Shown here: in pieces, positions 28,837 through 33,715 of the stretch | Numbering within the stretch: position 1 is the stretch's first letter | Layout: each line of letters starts with the position of its first letter | Assembly (NCBI GenBank): GCA_041739675.1 | Contig: JBGSNL010000087.1 | Coordinates: 1-33,715 of the forward strand | Direction: 5' to 3' | DNA: 33,715 bases | Source of the DNA: a bacterium | GTDB lineage: Bacteria > UBA10199 > 2-02-FULL-44-16 > DYJF01 | Notes under the pieces: model-generated | Seen by the model: the letters and a program-made list of their open reading frames with translations, nothing else | Told to the model about the DNA's origin: nothing | The model's database searches: none | Program-made: the position numbers and the translations under genes

Positions 28837-31623
28837 ATGATCCGCGTTTTGCCCACAATCAATCTCGCTTCCCAGATGGCAGGCATGAGCCGATTGGCCG
28901 CTTTCCATGCGACAGTGTTTCATCGGGTTCGCCTTCCTGTGAGACGGAATATACGTCCGCCTCTCCCTCGGGTTGTTCACGAACTCCGCTATTCACCTTC
29001 GCCGGGCAGTTTCGCCCTTGCTCGGCGCGACATTAAAAGGCCGACTGAAGACGCACGTCCTAGTCTCGATCGTCAGGTTGTCCGATTTATTGACTTGAAT
29101 CAGCCGCTGACATCAGAGGCGTTTGTTAATGCAGGGTTTTCAAACCCCACAAAGGCAATTCTGATGGCCGACGGTGCTTATGATGATGGGGTATTGTTGT
29201 TCGATCCTGCGAAGACCTTTATTGCGTCGGCGCTGATGTTCGTGGATTCAATTTCCGCCTCGATTTCCCATATCGCCTTGAAGTACGGCTCGCGCGGTCT
29301 TGAGCATTACCATTACACATATCATCCGATGGAGGAGATGCGCATTCAGGCGGAGATCGACGGCTTGAGAGTTGCCGATGAAGCATTAGGTCACCGAAGA
29401 ATACCTCACATCTCTCGTGGCGCGCTCATAAGGATCATCGAGCAGATCGCGAAGGCATACGGCCTGCCTCATCCTCGACTTCTTACGGGCGACGATTTCA
29501 AGCTCAAGTTGGCTGGTTGGAACACTCAGGTGCAGGGTCTGTATAAGTTCTTTTGGAAGCTTCTTTCTCAAGAACAGGGCGCGGGCCGGATCGTCGACTT
29601 CATGCTTGACCGCTTGGGTGTCGAGCGATTGGAGGAATTGCCGCCTCCGGTTCAGGCCAGATTCTTGGGGGCGGGACCATCAAGGATCAATTGGAAATTT
29701 GTCGGACCTGAAGTGAAGGCGTACCTCCTTTCCCGACTGGCCGAAGAGGCCGGTGTCGTGCATCCGCGATTCTTGACCAGCGATCATTTCAGGGAGCTCA
29801 AGATAGAAGAGCTGGGTTCCAAGCTGATCGGCTTATATGATATTTACGTTAAGCGGGTCAAAGAGCCCGGTAAGGCAGTGAAAGCCATGCTCGACGACGC
29901 CGGCATTGAGCCGTTTGAGAGCCTGCCGTGGGATGTGCAACTCGAGGGTTTCCGTCAACGCGACAACATCAAATGGGCACTGGTGCCCGCAACTACACAG
30001 CTCAAGTTGCTGGAGATGGCGAAGGATTTGATGTCGGTCAAGAACGGTTTGAAGTGTCCGCATCTTCGAGCCCTTATCACTGATGAATTGAAGGTTTTGA
30101 TAATCAAGGAAATAAAGGTGGGTCTCGGTGGATTGCACGACTATTACAGGCGGAGGATGCCGGAAGATTATGAAGGCACTGTCCTTGATTTCATGCTCGA
30201 TCAGCTGGGTGTGGAGAAATTTGAGAACCTTCCGTATGAGCTGCAGTGCTCGTGTTTGAGGTACGATCAAAACCGCCAATGGGACAGGGTGCCCGCACCT
30301 TTGATCCTGAAATTCATGGAAAGGTTGCGGGAAATACTCGGTCTGCCCCACGTGAGATTCATTTCCGGCCAACAGATGCAAAGAACCGTAATACCGGAGA
30401 TAGGCCAGTCTCTTGGCGGGCTTTACACTCATTTTCGCCTGAAGAGAATGGCGGACGATAAGAGGGAGATTGTCGATATCATATTGGATTATGCCGGCGC
30501 CCCAAGATTCGACGAGATGCCGTTTGCGTTGCAGCTCCAGTGGACCCAGCGTCCGGTCGGAAAGCTCACCAGCTGGCGTCGAGTCTCCGACGCGGTGATT
30601 CTTCATTATCTGCGGGAGCTGATGAGAGGCGCGCGCGCAAGAACCTCCGACGATCTCGTGGCGGGAGATTTCACTTTGAGAGTGGGAGGGAGGGAGCGGG
30701 GATTGATCGGTCTGTATAACTATCTTTCTGGCACAAGAGCGGAACTGGGTGTGCCTGAGAGGACGATCGACTGGGCCTTCTCGCACTATGGGGTGGATGT
30801 GCAGTTTGCGATCGAGGCAAAGCGCATGAGTGGGGGAAGAACAATGCTGGACCCGCGAGAAAAGCTGTTTTTGATTGAGATGGCGAAGATGGGCGACAGA
30901 ACCGCAATGGATCACCTGGTCTATTTTTATGAGCCGCTGCTAAGGAGCATAGTGCACAGCGTACTATCGATGATGCCTAGGTCGCAATTCACTGCCGGCG
31001 AGCTTCTCCAGCTTGGACGCATTGAATTCGCCCACCTGGTGGAGCTTTACGATCCTGCGATTGCCAGCCTTGAAACGTACGTGAAAGTATCGCTTTCATT
31101 ACGTCTCAAGAATGCGATTAGGCGGGACAGTGGGGATGTGCACGTGCCGGCGAGTTATCTGGGGTTCATGCTAAGAGTCGGCAAGATTAGCAGCGAATTG
31201 GCGGCGAAACTGGGCCGCTGGCCGACAGAAGTGGAATTAGCCGAAGAACTCGGCGTGAAAGTCGACAAGCTCATGTCGATGCGTGCGCTGCGTTCTACGC
31301 AAATCTCTCTATTTTCGCCGCCGGCGGGCGGAGATGATGAGCGAACGTATGAGGACGTGATAGCGGATGAGCGAGCGGTTCGTCCGGACATCGGGCACCC
31401 CGTTGCGGATATGAGAGAATTGATCGAGCGTGCAATAAATGGTTCGGGACTCGGTGAGAGAGAGAAATTTATTCTGCGGCAAAGCAGTTTCGAAGGTCAT
31501 GGACTCGAGGAGATCGGCCGGATGGTTGATTTGTGCGGAGAAAGGGTGAGGCAAGTAATTGTAATTGCCATGAGAAAGATTGCCGAGGGCCCCTACGCCG
31601 AGATTTTGAAAGAGCTGCTCTGA
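28837..31623 (+). CDS. Giant sigma70-family RNA polymerase sigma factor-like protein with N-terminal tandem repeats (start uncertain; ORF open from 28747)
   Basis: The C-terminal ~260 aa (from 30844) carry sigma regions 1.2/2 (AKMGDRTAMDHLV...ELLQLG...YD...TY), 3 (LGRWPTEVELAEELG...ISL) and 4 (LGEREKFIL...LEEIGRMVDLCGERVRQV...AMRKI). Five 94-102 aa repeats lie upstream. Confidence 0.85.
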   Translation: MIRVLPTINLASQMAGMSRLAAFHATVFHRVRLPVRRNIRPPLPRVVHELRYSPSPGSFALARRDIKRPTEDARPSLDRQVVRFIDLNQPLTSEAFVNAGFSNPTKAILMADGAYDDGVLLFDPAKTFIASALMFVDSISASISHIALKYGSRGLEHYHYTYHPMEEMRIQAEIDGLRVADEALGHRRIPHISRGALIRIIEQIAKAYGLPHPRLLTGDDFKLKLAGWNTQVQGLYKFFWKLLSQEQGAGRIVDFMLDRLGVERLEELPPPVQARFLGAGPSRINWKFVGPEVKAYLLSRLAEEAGVVHPRFLTSDHFRELKIEELGSKLIGLYDIYVKRVKEPGKAVKAMLDDAGIEPFESLPWDVQLEGFRQRDNIKWALVPATTQLKLLEMAKDLMSVKNGLKCPHLRALITDELKVLIIKEIKVGLGGLHDYYRRRMPEDYEGTVLDFMLDQLGVEKFENLPYELQCSCLRYDQNRQWDRVPAPLILKFMERLREILGLPHVRFISGQQMQRTVIPEIGQSLGGLYTHFRLKRMADDKREIVDIILDYAGAPRFDEMPFALQLQWTQRPVGKLTSWRRVSDAVILHYLRELMRGARARTSDDLVAGDFTLRVGGRERGLIGLYNYLSGTRAELGVPERTIDWAFSHYGVDVQFAIEAKRMSGGRTMLDPREKLFLIEMAKMGDRTAMDHLVYFYEPLLRSIVHSVLSMMPRSQFTAGELLQLGRIEFAHLVELYDPAIASLETYVKVSLSLRLKNAIRRDSGDVHVPASYLGFMLRVGKISSELAAKLGRWPTEVELAEELGVKVDKLMSMRALRSTQISLFSPPAGGDDERTYEDVIADERAVRPDIGHPVADMRELIERAINGSGLGEREKFILRQSSFEGHGLEEIGRMVDLCGERVRQVIVIAMRKIAEGPYAEILKELL

Positions 31624-32393
31624 TCCTTCAATTCAATGTATAAGAGTGTTCCGCCGACGACCATGGGGGCCGCAAAAATGAGGTTGAAGAAGGGAATGAC
31701 GAAGGCGGAGCCGAGACCGATCATGGCCCACTTGTTCTCAAGGCCGAATCTGACCCGTTCGCGGAAGGGAAGGACCTTTCTTCCCATCGGAAGATCGGCG
31801 TAGGCAAATCCCAGATCCCATGCGCCGAAGGTCAAGGTGAGTGCGACATAAAGAGGTCCTCCGGCAACGGGGATGACGTTCAAGACAAATAGCACGACCG
31901 GTATTGAAAGCAGGATTGCCGCCTTGATCGTTTCAATTCTTATCGTGCGCACAAGATCGGTGGCGAATTTTTTCCATGAGAAGGGGGGCGGTTCGGTTCC
32001 GGCGACCAAGGTTTCAACACGTTCGGAAAGTGCGTCGTTGAACGGCGAGGCGACGATAAGGCCCAAGACATAAGAGACGATTAAGAGAAGAACCAGAGTT
32101 AAGATTACGATTAAGATTTGGAATAAAAGATTAAGAATCCAGAGAAGGGCGTCTGCGAGGTGCAGATACCACGCCGTAGGATTTTCGATATCGAGATGGC
32201 CGAGATGAGCGGTGAGCCAGCCGTATATATCGCCGTAATAATGAACAAACGCAAAGATCATGATTACGAGCAGGGCCAAATTTATAAGAGTGGGAAGAAT
32301 GGCCCACTTCCAGAGCTTGGGGTGCGAAGCCAGATATGTGAAGCCTTCCACGAGACAGCCAAACCCCTTGAAAAATTCCTTCATCCTAGACAT
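31593..32393 (-). CDS. EI24/CysZ-like membrane protein
   Basis: LWKWAILPTLIN, IVASPFNDALSERVE, IPFFNL...VVGGTLLY. Start chosen after TTGCTT-N17-TATGAA. Confidence 0.88.
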   Translation of the reverse strand: MSRMKEFFKGFGCLVEGFTYLASHPKLWKWAILPTLINLALLVIMIFAFVHYYGDIYGWLTAHLGHLDIENPTAWYLHLADALLWILNLLFQILIVILTLVLLLIVSYVLGLIVASPFNDALSERVETLVAGTEPPPFSWKKFATDLVRTIRIETIKAAILLSIPVVLFVLNVIPVAGGPLYVALTLTFGAWDLGFAYADLPMGRKVLPFRERVRFGLENKWAMIGLGSAFVIPFFNLIFAAPMVVGGTLLYIELKDQSSSFKISA

Positions 32394-32429
32394 ACCGGTC
32401 TTCATAGAGTAAATTATGACGAAAAGCAA

Positions 32430-33329
32430 ATGGCTAACAGTTTCGACAATTCGGTCGACAACTATATCATGCATCTCCGCGTTGAGAGGCATCTCTCGGC
32501 GAAGACTGTTGAGGCGTATTCGCACGATCTCAGGCGTTTTTCCGAGTTCGTAGGCAAAAAGGGAGCCGCGTTGCCGGGCGATGTCAGCGAACCGCATGTC
32601 CTTTCATTTTTAGTCCTCCTTCATCGTGAAAAAATCGGAAGTCGAAGCGTGGCGCGCTACCTCTCGGCGCTTCGCGGTTTTTTCAAATTTCTCATCAAGG
32701 AAAAGGAGATCAAAAACGATCCTATCGCAAAGATCGAATCGCCGGCGCGCTGGCAGAAGCTTCCCAAATTCCTGACGCTCTCCGATGTCGATTCGCTTCT
32801 GGCCCAGCCCGATAAAAAAACCGACTTGGGGCTTCGCGATCATGCGATCATTCAGGTCATGTATGCGTCGGGCCTTAGAATCTCCGAGCTTGCGGGTTTG
32901 ACCCTTGAGCGGCTCAATTTGCAGCAGGGGTTCGTGATCATAATGGGCAAGGGGTCGAAGGAGCGCCTGGTCCCCGTGGGAAGATCGGCGCTCGATGCCG
33001 TGAATGAATATCTGGGTAGCGCGCGGCCCCGCTTGACGAAGGGCAGGTTGAGCGATCATCTCTTTGTTGGAAGGGAAGGAGAGGGGCTTTCGCGCCAGAG
33101 GCTCTGGGAGATAATCAAGGCCAATGCCAAAAAAGCGGGAATCAAAATAAACGTGACGCCGCACATGCTCCGCCACTCATTCGCCACCCATCTTCTGGAG
33201 CGAGGCGCCGATCTCAGGAGCGTCCAAACGATGTTGGGCCACGCCGACATCGCCACAACGCAAATTTACACCCACGTCACGACGAAACACCTGCAAGACC
33301 TCTACAAAAAATTTCACCCGCGCGCTTAA
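32430..33329 (+). CDS. xerD: Site-specific tyrosine recombinase XerD
   Basis: RD.A....YASGLRISEL, GKGSKERLVP, TPHMLRHSFATHLL, LGHADIATTQIYTHV, HPRA. Start at ATG 32430. Confidence 0.93.
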   Translation: MANSFDNSVDNYIMHLRVERHLSAKTVEAYSHDLRRFSEFVGKKGAALPGDVSEPHVLSFLVLLHREKIGSRSVARYLSALRGFFKFLIKEKEIKNDPIAKIESPARWQKLPKFLTLSDVDSLLAQPDKKTDLGLRDHAIIQVMYASGLRISELAGLTLERLNLQQGFVIIMGKGSKERLVPVGRSALDAVNEYLGSARPRLTKGRLSDHLFVGREGEGLSRQRLWEIIKANAKKAGIKINVTPHMLRHSFATHLLERGADLRSVQTMLGHADIATTQIYTHVTTKHLQDLYKKFHPRA

Positions 33330-33377
33330 CCTCTTTCATTCATTGACGAATCGGCATTTCTCTGATACCCACGCCCC

Positions 33378-33715
33378 ATGGGTCAGCGGGTTATCGATCT
33401 ACTTCTGTTTTATCCCCTGTTTCTGTTCTCCCTTTCCTGCCACGAAGCGGCACACGGCTGGATCGCGGACAAATTCGGGGATCATACTGCGCGCCTGATG
33501 GGTAGGGTCTCACTCTCGCCGTTCCCTCACATGGACCTCATCGGCACGGTTTTTCTGCCCATTTTCGGCATTCTCACGGGCGCGCCTGTGATCGGCTGGG
33601 GAAAGCCAGTGCCCGTCAATCCATATCATTTTAAAGATATGCGGAGAGATAGTCTGTGGGTCGCGGCCTGCGGGCCTTTGAGCAACTTTCTTCTGGCCCT
33701 CGTCTTCGCGGGGCT
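33378..33715 (+). CDS. Site-2 protease (peptidase M50) family protein, 3'-truncated by the window edge
   Basis: Manual translation from ATG 33378 gives ...SCHEAAHGWIADKFGDHTA...GWGKPVPVNP...VAACGPLSNF, with an HExxH motif. Confidence 0.9.
   Translation, partial: MGQRVIDLLLFYPLFLFSLSCHEAAHGWIADKFGDHTARLMGRVSLSPFPHMDLIGTVFLPIFGILTGAPVIGWGKPVPVNPYHFKDMRRDSLWVAACGPLSNFLLALVFAG

Noticed and set aside
28837..31623. The giant sigma factor as the reader of the GCAAC-N14-GCCGATAA promoters
   Set aside because: Its region 4.2 (ERVRQ) is RpoD-like rather than FliA-like (SRVSQ), and I found no copy of the motif upstream of it. There is no evidence beyond co-occurrence.
32160..32597. Long overlap between the xerD and EI24 ORFs in the ORF track
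   Set aside because: It is an artefact of maximal ORF extension; the likely starts, 32430 (+) and 32393 (-), do not overlap.
32430..33329. Tyrosine recombinase as a phage or ICE integrase
   Set aside because: Length and motifs match chromosomal XerD, and the neighbours are housekeeping genes.

Overview
A 33.7 kb bacterial chromosomal segment. The gene content (dacZ-type diadenylate cyclase, GGGC-type C-terminal sorting signal, hflX, xerD) suggests a deltaproteobacteria-like or related uncultured lineage; this is inference only. The backbone is housekeeping: guaB-guaA, a DEAD-box helicase, yggU, dnaE-hflX, a CDP-alcohol phosphatidyltransferase, a metallophosphoesterase, lipB, dacZ, dsbD, a GMC oxidoreductase, ybhB/ybcL, a DMT transporter, folE, trmB, an EI24/CysZ-like gene, xerD and an M50 peptidase. 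Four things stand out. (1) A ~930-960 aa sigma70-family factor has five ~94-102 aa tandem repeats fused in front of a complete but degenerate sigma domain. (2) A sigma28-like promoter variant, GCAAC-N14-RCCGAWRA, occurs four times with exact spacing. Three copies head orphan genes lacking signal peptides, including two dispersed EF-hand-like/transglutaminase-like/TPR paralogs and a tandem pair of Cys-motif paralogs. (3) At least four families of small palindromic elements are present. Two are inserted in frame in trmB and lipB, one is nested inside another, and one is a ~170-200 nt structured element with a conserved core and unrelated outer stems. (4) Many housekeeping genes have a leaderless sigma70 promoter layout. 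No rRNA, tRNA, CRISPR array or transposase was found. All calls come from reading the sequence; no database searches were run.
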